This document shows, piece by piece, positions 1 to 11,080 of a stretch of DNA of 64,000 bases (positions within the stretch are counted from its first letter, which is position 1; every line of letters begins with the position of its first letter). Both the position numbers and the translations under genes were made by a program. The stretch spans positions 77,502,001 to 77,566,000 of the forward strand of contig NC_086097.1 of NCBI RefSeq assembly GCF_963921235.1, read 5' to 3'. A model generated the notes under the pieces. It made no database searches, had not been told where the DNA came from, and saw only the letters and a list, made by a program, of their open reading frames with translations. This stretch comes from Mobula hypostoma. Its lineage: Eukaryota.

Positions 1-164
1 TACACTGACCTCAGGTTCCATTTTGTTCCAAACCAAACACTGGTATATGAGAATGACGGGAAGGCAGACTACCTTATTAATATGTACTAGATACTCTCCG
101 TGCACACATAGGTTTTCAGATGGGATCGTTCAAATTTGTAAACAGAAACAGCATCACTGTGTTT

Positions 165-755
165 TAACAAGAAATCCACGCTAAATATCCAGATATTTAC
201 ATGTGATGGCATCATTGTTTGGCAGCTCTGATCTGTATGAGCAATTATTTTCAAAAATGAAGCACACCAAGAACTATTTGAGAACACGATTGACTGTTGC
301 CCATCTGGATAATGTCTTGCTCTTGGCATCAACATATCTGACACCCAATATTGAGAAGCTTTCAAGCACCAAACAGCAGCAAGTTTCACATTGATTTATT
401 GACTGTTTGCATTAAATTTTTCTTTTTTATTATACTTAATTTACCACCATTCAATGCATCATGTTCATACGTTTTACGTTTAAAGATTCTTTGTGTCCTT
501 TTAATAGATTCAAAAGATGCCTTGATTGAAATAAATTGCAACTAAACTGAGTTCTTTGATTACTAATTGGCATCCTTGGTTAAGCACAAATGATTTTCTA
601 GCATATGTTATTCATTAATTTGAGGCAAAACATAACTAGATGTATTTAAATGGATAATTCCCATATTTCAAGTTTTTTTTGGCATTTATCTGGCCCACTG
701 TCCGCTCATTAATACGCAATCTGGCCCACAGAGGCAATAAGGTTGCCGACCCCTG
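165..755 (+). mobile_element. hAT (Charlie/SPIN/GTF2IRD2-like) DNA transposon, 3' end remnant
   Basis: ORF 203-394 (SLFGSSDLYEQLFSKMKHTKNYLRTRLT...QQQVSH) is the hAT C-terminal dimerisation region. The right TIR ggttgccgacccctg (741-755) is followed by ttctatat, and subterminal tggccc motifs are present. Confidence 0.85.
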
Positions 756-767
756 TTCTATATTATA

Positions 768-1890
768 AGACAAGGCAAGTTCATTTGGATGGCATTCAAA
801 CACAAGGCAGCTCAAAGTGTTTTACATAAAACAAGATATAAAAATCAAACCGCAAATTTCAGACATTATAAAGAGAATAAAATCACACGTAAAAATAAAG
901 AAATAAAAGTTATAATGATGGAGATTCTAATTAAAAGCTGCAGCGAAAAGAGAAGTTTTAAGCGTCGATTTAAAAGAGCTTAAAGTTGGGGCAGACTTCA
1001 GATCCTCTGGAAGGTTATTCCAGATACATGGAGCACAGTAACTAAAAGCTGCTTCACCATGTTTAGTTTTGACCCTGGGGACGCTAAGCAGATCTGCTCC
1101 AGATGATCTGAGAGCTCAGGAAGGTTCATAATGCAGCAAGAGATCGGAGATGTATTTTGGCCCTAGACCATTCAGTGCTTTATAAACCAGTAGCAATATT
1201 TTAAAGTCAACCCTCTGATGGACAGGAAGCCAGTGTAGTGATCTGAGACTGGGGTGATGTGTTCTACTTTCTAGGTCTTATTGTGGACTCTAACAGCAGT
1301 GTTCTGAATGAGCTGCAGTTGTCTAAGGGATTTTTTACAGAGATCTGTTAAAACGCCATTACAGTAGTCAAGCCTACTAAAAATAAATGCAGGGATGAGT
1401 TTTTCTAGATCTTGCTGAGACATAAGCCCTTTAACTCTCGCTGTATTTTTAAGATGGTAGTAGGCTGAGCTTGTAATTGTCTTAATGTGGCGGTTTAAAT
1501 TTAAATCAGAGACCGTCACAACACCAAGGTTTCTGGCTTGGTCTGTGGTCTGTAACAACAGAAATTCTAAGTGAGCACTGACTTCTTGGCACCAAAAACA
1601 ATTATTTCAGTTTCTCTTTATTTAACTGGAGGAAATTTTAGCTCATTCAATCAGTGATTTGTTCAATACAGTTTTTTAGTGATTGTATGGGACCATAGTC
1701 ACTTGATGACACTGTTAAATAAACTTGAGTGGCATCCCCATAACTAAGGTAAGATATTTTGTTGCTTACCATGATTTGAGCTAAAGGGAGCAGGTATATT
1801 AAACAGAAGAGGCTTAGTATGCACCCTTGAGGCACTCTGCTTATAATTTTTATTCGGTCAGATATGTAGCTACAAATCAACACAAAATAG
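768..1890 (-). mobile_element. L2-clade LINE, 5'-truncated and decayed
   Basis: Minus ORFs 1647-1883 (RVPQGCILS...YGDATQVY) and 1271-1558 (ARNLGV...AFIFSRLDYCNG...LQLIQNTAVRV) are L2 RT and C-terminal motifs. The 3' tail lies near 770-830. Confidence 0.85.
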
Positions 1891-2530
1891 TCCCTGTGTT
1901 TTAAACCAATTTAAAGAAAATACAGATATTATTAAAATTATAAATAAGAAATGAAAAATAAGAAAATATAAAAAATTATGGAAGACCTACATACTGTCCC
2001 TGTTGCCCAACACTTAACTCCCCCACAATCAGGATCCCTAACAAGTCTTTGGGAAATGTGGTTCACTCTTCTCATCATTGGTAACAGCTCTCACTGAAGG
2101 CAGTGCTAATGTTGAAATTGATCAGAATTCAAGTGGGTAGAAGAACCTTTTGCCAGCTGAAGGCAGGAGTATTCAAACAGCAAGATCTCAAACTTGCCAG
2201 AAATGATTTGGAGTCGTGGATGATCAACGGACAGCTCAAATGAATGGAATTGCTACCAATATTGGCTCAGCATTATCCTACAAGTTGATTGACAGGACAA
2301 GAGGATCAATGAGAGTGATGCATAACAGCGAGGCTCAGATCATGGCCAATCATCTCTAGTAGGTGGGCCATGTTCGAACATGCCCGATAAGACTCTAGAA
2401 TAGTCATTCTGGTCCAAGCTATGCCATGGAAATAAGTTACCAAGATGACGATTAATGATGTATTAGGTGGTTCTGATAGTAGGTGATTTTATCTTTCACT
2501 GAGACCCTCACAGAGTAAAAGGACTAGATG

Positions 2531-4592
2531 AAATTTGTATGTTCCTGTCAGGATTAAAGGCAAGGTGAATAGGAATAAGGAACCTTGGTTCTCAAGGGAT
2601 ATTGCAACTCTGATAAAGAAGAAGAGTGAGTTGTATGACGTGTATAGGAAGCAGGGAGTAAATAAGGTGCTTGAGGAGTATAAGAAGTGCAAGAAAATAC
2701 TTAAGAAAGAAATCAGGAGGGCTAAAAGAAGACATGAGGTTGCCTTGGCAGTCAAAGTGAAGGATAATCCAAAGAGCTTTTACAGGTATATTAAGAGCAA
2801 AAGGATTGTAAGGGATAAAATTGGACCTCTTGAAGATCAGAGTGGTCGGCTATGTGCGGAACCAAAGGAAATGGGGGAGATCTTAAATAGGTTTTTTGCG
2901 TCTGTGTTTACTAAGGAAACTGGCATGAAGTCTATGGAATTAAGGGAAACAAGTAGTGAGATCATGGAAACTGTACAGATCGAAAAGGAGGAGGTGCTTG
3001 CTGTCTTGAGGAAAATTAAAGTGGATAAATCCCCGGGACCTGACAGGGTGTTCCCTCGGACCTTGAAGGAGACTAGTGTTGAAATTGCAGGGGCCCTGGC
3101 TGAAATATTTAAAATGTCACTGTCTACAGGTGAGGTGCTGGAGGATTGGAGAGTGGCTCATGTTGTTCCGTTGTTTAAAAAAGGATCGAAAAGTAATCCG
3201 GGAAATTATAGGCCAGTAAGTTTAACGTCGGTAGTAGGTAAGTTATTGGAGGGAGTACTAAGAGACAGAATCTACAAGCATTTGGATAGACAGGGACTTA
3301 TTAGGGAGAGTCAACATGGCTTTGTGCGTGGTAGGTCATGTTTGACCAATCTATTGGAGTTTTTCGAGGAGGTTACCAGGAAAGTGGATGAAGGAAAGGC
3401 AGTGGATATTGTCTACATGGACTTCAGTAAGGCCTTTAACAAGGTCCCGCATGGGAGGTTAGTTAGGAAAATTCAGTCGCTAGGTATACATGGAGAGGTG
3501 GTAAATTGGATTAGACATTGGCTCGATGGAAAAAGCCAGAGAGTGGTAGTAGAGAATTGCTTCTCTGAGTGGAGGCCTGTGACTAGTGGTGTGCCACAGG
3601 GATCATTGCTGGGTCCATTGTTATTTGTCATCTATATCAATGATCTGGATGATTGGATCAGCAAATTTGATGATGATACAAAGATTGGAGGTGTAGTAGA
3701 CAGTGAGGAAGGTTTTCAGAGCCTGCAGAGGGACTTGGACCAGCTGGAAAAATGGGCTAAAAAATGGCAGATGGAGTTTAATACTGACAAGTGTGAGGTA
3801 TTGCACGTTGGAAGGACAAACCAATGTAGAACATACAGGGTTAATGGTAAGGCACTGAGGAGTGCAGCGGAACAGAGGGATCTGGGAATACAGATACAAA
3901 ATTCCCTAAAAGTGGCATCACAGGTAGGTAGGGTCGTAAAGAGAGCTTTTGGTACATTGGCCTTTATTAATCAAAGTATTGAGTATAAGAGCTGGAATGT
4001 TATGATGAGGTTGTATAAGGCATTGGTGAGGCCGAATCTGGAGTATTGTGTTCAGATTTGGTCACCAAATTACAGGAAGGATATAAATAAGGTTGAAAGA
4101 GTGCAGAGAAGGTTTACAAGGATGTTGCCGGGACTTGAGAAACTCAGTTACAGAGAAAGGTTGAATAGGTTAGGACTTTATTCCCTGGAGCGTAGAAGAA
4201 TGAGGGGAGGTTTGATAGAGGTATATAAAATTATGATGGGTATAGATAGAGTGGATGCAAGCAGGCTTTTTCCACTGAGGCAAGGGGAGAAAAAAACCAG
4301 AGGACATGGGTTTAGGGTGAGGGGGGAAAAGTTTAAAGGGAACATTAGTGGGGGCTTCTTCACACAGAGAGTGGTGGGAGTATGGAATGAGCTGCCAGAC
4401 GAGATGGTAATTGCGGGTTCTTTTTTAACATTTAAGAATAAATTGGACAGATACATGGACTGGGAGGTGTATGGAGGGATATGGTCCGTGTGCAGGTCAG
4501 TGGGACTAGGCAGAAAATGGTTTGGCACAGCCAAGAAGGGCCAAAAGGCCTGTTTCTGTGCTGTAGTTTCTATGGTTTCTATGGTTTCTATG
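2531..4592 (+). mobile_element. Young 5'-truncated CR1 LINE inserted in the older CR1
   Basis: The RT reading frame is uninterrupted. The 3' hairpin ggccaaaaggcc and a (tttctatgg)x3 tail (4567-4592) are present, and the flanks rejoin as CR1 sequence. Confidence 0.92.
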
Positions 4593-4718
4593 GATAGATG
4601 TTGTCAAATGTGCCCAGGAAAGTTTCATCAGTCAATATGTAAAGGTCTCAACCAGAGAGAGGGCAAAACTGGATCTCCTCTTAGGGAACAAGGCAGGGCA
4701 GGTGACAGAAGTGTGTGA
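2535..4718 (+). CDS. CR1 ORF2 reverse transcriptase, truncated (no endonuclease; frameshifted C-terminus)
   Basis: 727-aa ORF containing KSPGPD, NYRPVSLTS, QHGF, YMDFSKAF, GVPQGSLLGP, KFDDDTK, DLG and LVRPNLEY motifs. Confidence 0.85.
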   Translation: MYVPVRIKGKVNRNKEPWFSRDIATLIKKKSELYDVYRKQGVNKVLEEYKKCKKILKKEIRRAKRRHEVALAVKVKDNPKSFYRYIKSKRIVRDKIGPLEDQSGRLCAEPKEMGEILNRFFASVFTKETGMKSMELRETSSEIMETVQIEKEEVLAVLRKIKVDKSPGPDRVFPRTLKETSVEIAGALAEIFKMSLSTGEVLEDWRVAHVVPLFKKGSKSNPGNYRPVSLTSVVGKLLEGVLRDRIYKHLDRQGLIRESQHGFVRGRSCLTNLLEFFEEVTRKVDEGKAVDIVYMDFSKAFNKVPHGRLVRKIQSLGIHGEVVNWIRHWLDGKSQRVVVENCFSEWRPVTSGVPQGSLLGPLLFVIYINDLDDWISKFDDDTKIGGVVDSEEGFQSLQRDLDQLEKWAKKWQMEFNTDKCEVLHVGRTNQCRTYRVNGKALRSAAEQRDLGIQIQNSLKVASQVGRVVKRAFGTLAFINQSIEYKSWNVMMRLYKALVRPNLEYCVQIWSPNYRKDINKVERVQRRFTRMLPGLEKLSYRERLNRLGLYSLERRRMRGGLIEVYKIMMGIDRVDASRLFPLRQGEKKTRGHGFRVRGEKFKGNISGGFFTQRVVGVWNELPDEMVIAGSFLTFKNKLDRYMDWEVYGGIWSVCRSVGLGRKWFGTAKKGQKACFCAVVSMVSMVSMDRCCQMCPGKFHQSICKGLNQREGKTGSPLREQGRAGDRSV

Positions 4719-5492
4719 AGGGGAACACCTCAGATCTAGTGATCATAAATCCATCATTTTCAATATAATTGTGGAAAAATATAGGGCCGGCCCTAGGGTT
4801 AAGATTATAAATTGGAGAAAGACCAATTTTGAAGGTATCAGAAGGGATCTGGCAGGTGTGGATTTGGATAGATTGCTTTACGGCAAAGAAATGTTTGGTA
4901 AGTGGGAGGCCCTCAAAAGTGAAATATTAAGAGTCCAGACCTCTATATTCCTGTTAGAATAAAAGGCACGGATAATGCAATCCTGATTATAATGGGATAT
5001 TGAGGCCCTGGTAAAGCAAAAAGAATGGATGTGCCTATCAGGTACAGGCAGTTAGGATCAAAGGAATCACAAAGGTGAAGAGCATAAGAAATGCAAGAGA
5101 AGACTTAAGAGAGAAATCAGAAGAGCTAACAGAGAACACAAGGCTGCTCTGGCAAAAAAGGCAAAAGAGAATTCCGAGGGCTTCTATAACTATATTAACA
5201 GCAAAAGAACAGCAAGGGCCAAAATTTGTCTACTGGAAAATCAACATGGTCATTAATGCATGGAGTCAAAAGAGATGGAGAGATCTTAAATCTATACTAA
5301 CTCATAAGACAGACACAGAATATATAGAACAGAGGCAAATGCGGTCATGGGCTTTATCCGGATTACGAAAAGGGTGGTGGTTGCTGTCTTGAGGCAAATT
5401 AGAATGGATAAAACGCCAGGCCCCTCCGACCTTGTGTGAGGTATTGTAGCGGTCCCCTCTCAAAGATATTTAAAACATCCTTAGCCACGTAT

Positions 5493-6759
5493 TGTCATGG
5501 TCCGGTCCATGAAGTCCGCATTCCGGTTCACGGTCCAGTCCGTGGAATCAGGACTCTGGGTCTTCCAGCTGTCCTTTGTTTTGGTTGGGTTAATCATTGA
5601 CACCTGATTCCCATCTTGGGGCTTAGAATATAGGTAGCCTTGGGGTCGAGTGTGGGCTCTGGTTTGTCTTGTCAAGATCTCCTGGGAGCAACTTGACTGT
5701 GGAAGGCTAGAGCGGCCACTTGCCATCTTTAGGCCACGTTGGAGAACCATCGCTTCATGGAGCCTTGCTGTCGGTAGTTGGAGCTGTCTTTGTGGTATGG
5801 ATCTGGCCGTTTCCCAGGCCAGCTGAGTGGCCGTCAGCCACTCCAAGCTAGGTAGGGACCTGACTGTTTCCATAGCGAGCTGAGGTTGCTGGCCATAACT
5901 GCGACTTGGAGCAACCCCGATGCAGAGATGGAACTGTTTGTTGTTCATCGGTGTTTGTCTCTTTTTGTCCTCGCCTCCATGGGGTAAGTCAGGCCATTCT
6001 GCTGTTGCCCTGCGGGGGGAATCTGTCTTGTTTTTCCCTTGCCTCTGTGGGGTAAGTCAGGCCACTCTGCTGTTGCCCTGCAGGAGGGGGTGGGGTCATG
6101 CCTTGTCTTGTCTTTGCCTCTGTTGGGTAAGTCCGGCTGTTCTGCCATTACCCGACGGATGGACCTGTCCCACCTTGGTGTGGAGATAAAGATGAGTCCC
6201 GCTTTTCAAAGGATAAGTCCCGGCTCTATGTTGATGTTCATTTCCCAGTCTGTCTCTGAGCTCCAGCCTCCGAGTTATCAGCCTCTGCATTTCAAGACCC
6301 CAGCGCGCAGCCTCAAGCCTCAAGACCCCAGCCACATCCTGTCCTGTAGCCATGTCATGTCCTTGCCTGGTTCTGGGGTCCGAGCCCGAGGCAAGACCCA
6401 GGTTCTGGGTCCTTGTCCAGTCTCTGGCTCGGACTCCAATCACAGGCTCCTAGTTGATGGTTCCTAGTCCTGGTCCCACTTTTCCAAGCCCAGGCTCCTA
6501 GTTCATGGTTCCTAGTCCTGGTCCCACTTTTCCAAGCCCAGGCTCCTAGTTCCTGGTTCCTAGTCCTGGTCCCGCTTTTCTAAGCCCAGGATCCTAGTTC
6601 ATGGTTCCTAGTCCGGATTCCCTGTCTAGTCCTCTGTATTCTTGTCCCTGCTCCTTGTCTATATCCTGTCACGTCCCTACTCTAGTCAAGTCCTGTTCCT
6701 GGTACTTCCGTGTCTGTGTCTTGCATTTGGGTTCGCCACCAGTGCCCCCTTTTATGACA
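5493..6759. mobile_element. Solo LTR (Gypsy-like), 1267 bp
   Basis: Termini are tgtcat...atgaca, with a 4-bp TSD gtat (5489-5492 / 6760-6763). It splits the CR1 RT region and is related to 43189-44578. Confidence 0.85.
6444..6614. repeat. 48-bp tandem repeat (~3.5 copies) inside the LTR
   Basis: Unit aggctcctagttcatggttcctagtcctggtcccacttttccaagccc begins at 6444, 6492, 6540 and 6588. Confidence 0.95.
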
Positions 6760-7316
6760 GTATAAGGTGCCAGAGGTCTGGGGCGTAGCTAATGCTGTTC
6801 CACTGTTTAAGGAAGATTCTAAGAATAAGCGTGCTGAGCCTGACATCAGTTGTGGGTAAATTATTGCAAGGTATTCTAAGGAACAGGATATATAAGTATT
6901 CGGTTAGACAGGCCTTGATGAGGGATAATCAACATAGATGTGTGAGGCAGGTCACGTCTGACATATATTATGGAATGTTTCAAGGAAGTTACAAAGAAAG
7001 TTGATGAAGGCAAGGCAGTAGATGTTGTCTACATGGACTTCAGCAAAGCCTTTGACAAGGTTCCTCATGGGAGGTTGGTCAAGAAGGTTCAGTCGCTGGC
7101 ATTCAAGATGAGGTAGTAAACTGGATTAGACGTTGGCTTCATGGGAGATGCCAGAGAGTGATTGTAGATCGTTACCTTTCTGACGGGAGGCCTGTTACTA
7201 TTGGTGTGCCACAGGGATCGGTTCTGGGTCCACTGTTGTTTGTCATCTATGTATCAATAATCTGGATGATAATGTGATAAACTGGATCAGCAAATTAGTA
7301 GATTACATCAAGATTG

Positions 7317-7693
7317 AATTGAATTGACTTTATTTCTTACATCCTTCACATACATGAGGAGTAAAAATCTTTATGTAATGTCTCCATCTAAATGTGCCAT
7401 GTACAGTCATAGTAATTTATAATAATTTATAATAAATAGAACAGTCAATGTAACATAGAAATACACTCAAATCAGCGTGAGTTAATCAGTCTGATGGCCT
7501 GGTGGAAGAAGCTGTCCTGGAGCCTGTTGGTCCTGGCTTTTACGCTGCAGTATCATTTCCTGGATGGTAGCAGCTGGAATAGATTGTAGTTGGGATGACT
7601 TGGGTCCCCAATGATCCTACGGGCCCTTTTTACACACCTGTCCTTGTAAATGTTCTGAATCATGGGAAGTTCACGACTACAGATGTGCTGCGC
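7317..7693 (-). mobile_element. Rex1/Babar LINE 3' end
   Basis: Minus ORF 7553-7756 (IYKDRCVKRARRIIGDPSHPNYNLFQLLPS) with a (caatt)n tail. Same subfamily as 35410-36065. Confidence 0.88.
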
Positions 7694-8031
7694 TTGACAG
7701 AGGTATACAAAATTATGAGATGTATGGATGGGTAAATGCAAGCAGGCTTTTTCCACTGAGGTTGGGTGAGCCTAGAACTAGAAATCATCTGTTAAGGATG
7801 AAAGGTGAAATGCTTATGGGAATCATGAGGGAGAACTTCATTCAGAGAGAGGTGATCGTGTGAAATAAGCTGCCAACACAGGTGGTGGATGCGGGTTCGA
7901 GAAATTTGGATAGGTACATGGATAGGATGGGTATCAAGGTCTGAAGTTCAGGTGCAGGTCGACGGGACTAGGCAGATTCGTAGTTCAGATGAACTAGATG
8001 GGCTGAAGGGCTGTAATGTTCTATGACCCTA

Positions 8032-9355
8032 AGGTTGTGAATATTTTCAACATGGACTGTAGCAAGGCCTTTGACAAGATGCAGAATTTTTGGGTGCTTG
8101 GCACTTAGGATGAAGTAGTAAATTGGATTCAGCATTGGCTTAGTGGGAGAACACAGAGTGGTAGTAGTTGGTTATCTCTCTGACTGGAGGCCTGTGACTA
8201 GTGGTGTGCTGCAGGGATCAGAGTTGGGTCTGTTGTTGCTCATCATCCATACAATGGATTAATGTGATAAACTGGATCAGCAGCTTTGTAGGTGGCATCA
8301 AAATTGGGGTGCAGTGGGCAGTGGAGAAGGCTATCAAAGCTTGCAAAATGATCTGGACCAGCTGGTAAAATGGGCTGAAAAATGGTAGATGGAATTTGAT
8401 GTAGGCAAGAGTGAAGTGTTGACTTTGGGAGGACAAGCCAGAAGAAGACACAGCGAATGATGCGGCACTGAGGAGTGTGGTAGAACAAAAGAACTTGGGA
8501 GTCCAGATCCATACTTCCCTGAAAGTGGCGTTGCATGTAAGTAGGATCATAAAAAGAGCCTTTGGCACATTGACCTTCATCAACTGGAGCATGAATGTTG
8601 AAGTTACTTCAGATGTTGGTGATGCCAAATTTGAAGTACTGTGTGCAGTTCTGGTCACCTGCCTACAGAAAAGGTATCAATAAGATTGAGAAAGTGCTGA
8701 GTGAAAATTTACAAGGATGTTGCTAGGACTTGAGGACAAAAGTTATATGGAAAGTTGAATACTTCATGACTTTATTTCCTAGAGTGCAGGAGGATGAGGA
8801 GAGATTTGATAGAGGCATGCAAAATGATGAGGGGTATAGATAGGGGGAATGTTTGCAGGCTGGGCTCTCTCCAGCTGCTCCAATTTCTTCACACAGTCCA
8901 AAGACGTACAGTACCAGTTGGTAGGTTAATTGGAAATAGTCCCATGATTAAGCTAGGGTTAAATCAAGGAATGCTGGGCAGCACAGCTCAAATGGCCAGA
9001 AGGGCCTATTCCATGCTGTATCCCAATAAATAAATAGACAAACAAACAAACAAATAAATAAAAAGACTAGACCAGGAGGTCATAGGTTTAGGGTGAAAAG
9101 TGAAACATTTAAAGGGAATTTGAGGGGAAATCGCTTCACTCAGAGGGTGGTGCTAGTGTGGAATGAGCTACCTTAGGAAGTGTTAAATGTGAGTTAAATA
9201 GTAATATTTAAGAGAAGTTTAGATAGGTAAATGGATAAGGGGTATGGAAGGCTAAGGTCCAGTTGCAGGTAGATGGGACTAGGCAGAAGACCAGGCTGGC
9301 ACAGACAAGATGGGTGAAGGGTCTGCTTCTGTGCTGTAGGGCTTTATGACTCTAT
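8032..9355 (+). mobile_element. Decayed CR1 LINE 3' part
   Basis: Degenerate RT motifs (gacttg/gactgtagcaaggcctttgacaag, KNLGVQIHTSLKV, RRDLIE). The 3' UTR ends tatgactctatg. Interrupted by a SINE. Confidence 0.85.
8850..9063 (+). mobile_element. V-SINE/HE1-like SINE fragment inside CR1
   Basis: V-domain-like cacagtccaaagacgtac...ggtaggttaattgg, a CR1-type 3' end and an (aaac/aaat)n tail. Confidence 0.7.
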
Positions 9356-10312
9356 GTTTTAAATGTCTCCTTGAGAAAAAAGGACATATTGAGCGTCCCA
9401 TGACAATGTAGAATGGTGGCGCATTTGCAAAGGCACTGAGCATCTTAAGGCGTTACAATGTGAAAATGTAGTGATCACATGCAATAATGGAAGGAGAGTT
9501 CAGTGCATAATATTAACACCCATCTTTCCATGAAGTATCTCCAGCTCCAGACAGCAAGTCTCTCATCAGTCCCCTGAGAAAATACCAAAGCAAGTCATCC
9601 TTAATCACAGGAACTGAACCATAGGAGGAGGAGGCTGATTCCTAGCTCCCCATGTGCAATGAAGCATGCCAACATATATTCCCTTGTCAATGTTGCGAAT
9701 ATCTCCATTGAAAAAACTTTTTATTTTTCATGCATTGTCAGAGTCACAGATTCATCCAGTTTGAAAGGACCTCAGAATGAAATATTTCCTGGCAGTTCTC
9801 ACTTGTACTGAAATAGTTCAGCAGTATGACTCACTGAAACAGAGCCTGTAGTCTGCCACAGTCAATGGACGTGTTACTGAGCTGGCCTTCCTACTTGGTC
9901 CAAACATTCTCACCCACTACTCTACAGAGACCAACAAAACTGATGTGTAATCTAGGGTGCTTGTGTATATACGTCACCTCCTTTACCACTGTTCATTAAC
10001 CTAATGCATCTTCCTAAGGAACAAAATGTCCTGTGTTCACTCTGTATTATGGTGCACTTTAAATATATTCATGAAGAAAATCTTCTCCCAATCAGGCAGC
10101 GGACACAGAGCATATGAAAAGATTACAACACTTAGAATGCTAATAAAAATGGTAAAATATATGTTCATGATATGCACTTGGCTGTCTTAAATATACTATA
10201 ATCACTTAATTAGTTTTGCATTGTAGGTGAAACCGTAGAAGAATCAGGAGTCAACTTGCACTCAGCAAGGGTCCATAAATGCTAATGAAACAATTAAAGT
10301 GTGGAATTGTTA

Positions 10313-11080
10313 ATAGGGATCCTACCATTAAATATATCTTTAGCTCCCCCCTCCCTCTGCTTTCCGCAGGGATTGCTTCTTCCATGATTCCCCTATCCAT
10401 TCGTCCCTCCCTACTGATCTCCCTCTCGGCACTTAACCCAGCAAGCAGCTTAAGTGCTACACCTGCCCATTCACCACCTCCCTCATGTCCGTTCAGGGCC
10501 CCAGGCAGTCCTTCCAGGTGAGCCACTTCACCTGTGAATCTGCTAGGGATGTCTATATGTCTGGTGCTCTAAATGCAGTCACCTCTGCCTTGTTGATACC
10601 TGTTGTAAATTGGGGACTGCTTTGTCGAGCACCTCTGCACTATCTGCCACAAGCGGGACTTCCTGGTGGCAGAACGTCTTAATTCCAATTCCCATTTCTG
10701 TTCCAATGTGTCAGTCCATGGCCTCCTTTTGTGCCAAAATGAGGCCACCCTCAGGGGGGGTACCTCTGGGTACCCTCCAACCTGATGGCATGAATATTGA
10801 TTCTTCCTTCCAGTAAGCACATTTCCCCGACTCCGTATATTCCCCATTCTTACCTTTTGCTTCTGCTCATCGGTCTACTACTTTCCCCTTTCTCCTATCA
10901 TTTACTCTCCTCTCATATCAGATCCCCTCCTCTCTAGCCCTTGACCTTTCCCACCTGCCTGGCTTCACCTGTCACTTTTCAGATAGCCTTTTTCCAAGTG
11001 GCCTAATTCTGCTCCTGTATCTTATGGTCTTATTTTGAGAGTGTTGCTTTGGATTTCCAGCATCTGCAGACTTTCTTGCA
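10313..11080 (+). mobile_element. Penelope-like element, decayed GIY-YIG region and 3' end
   Basis: GPRQSFQV..HFTCES-type GIY-YIG remnant, ctccaacctgatggcatgaatattga, a pyrimidine-rich 3' region, and terminal ggatttccagcatctgcag. Confidence 0.75.

Larger units (their letters stand above)
2460..8028 (+). mobile_element. Old CR1 LINE hosting nested insertions (pieces ~2460-2530, 4593-5492, 6764-7316, 7694-8028)
   Basis: Degenerate ORF2 motifs continue across the insertions (VGDF..VKGLD|..VKC.QESF, SSDHKSI, SLTSVVGKLL, YMDFSKAFDKVPH). The CR1 3' UTR ends ttctatga. Confidence 0.85.

Noticed and set aside
3621..4534. Antisense ORFs opposite the CR1 RT
   Set aside because: These are shadow ORFs typical of LINE coding sequence.
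5481..6467. Several 90-155-aa ORFs on both strands
   Set aside because: They lie within a GC-rich repetitive LTR and have no gag/pol/env motifs.
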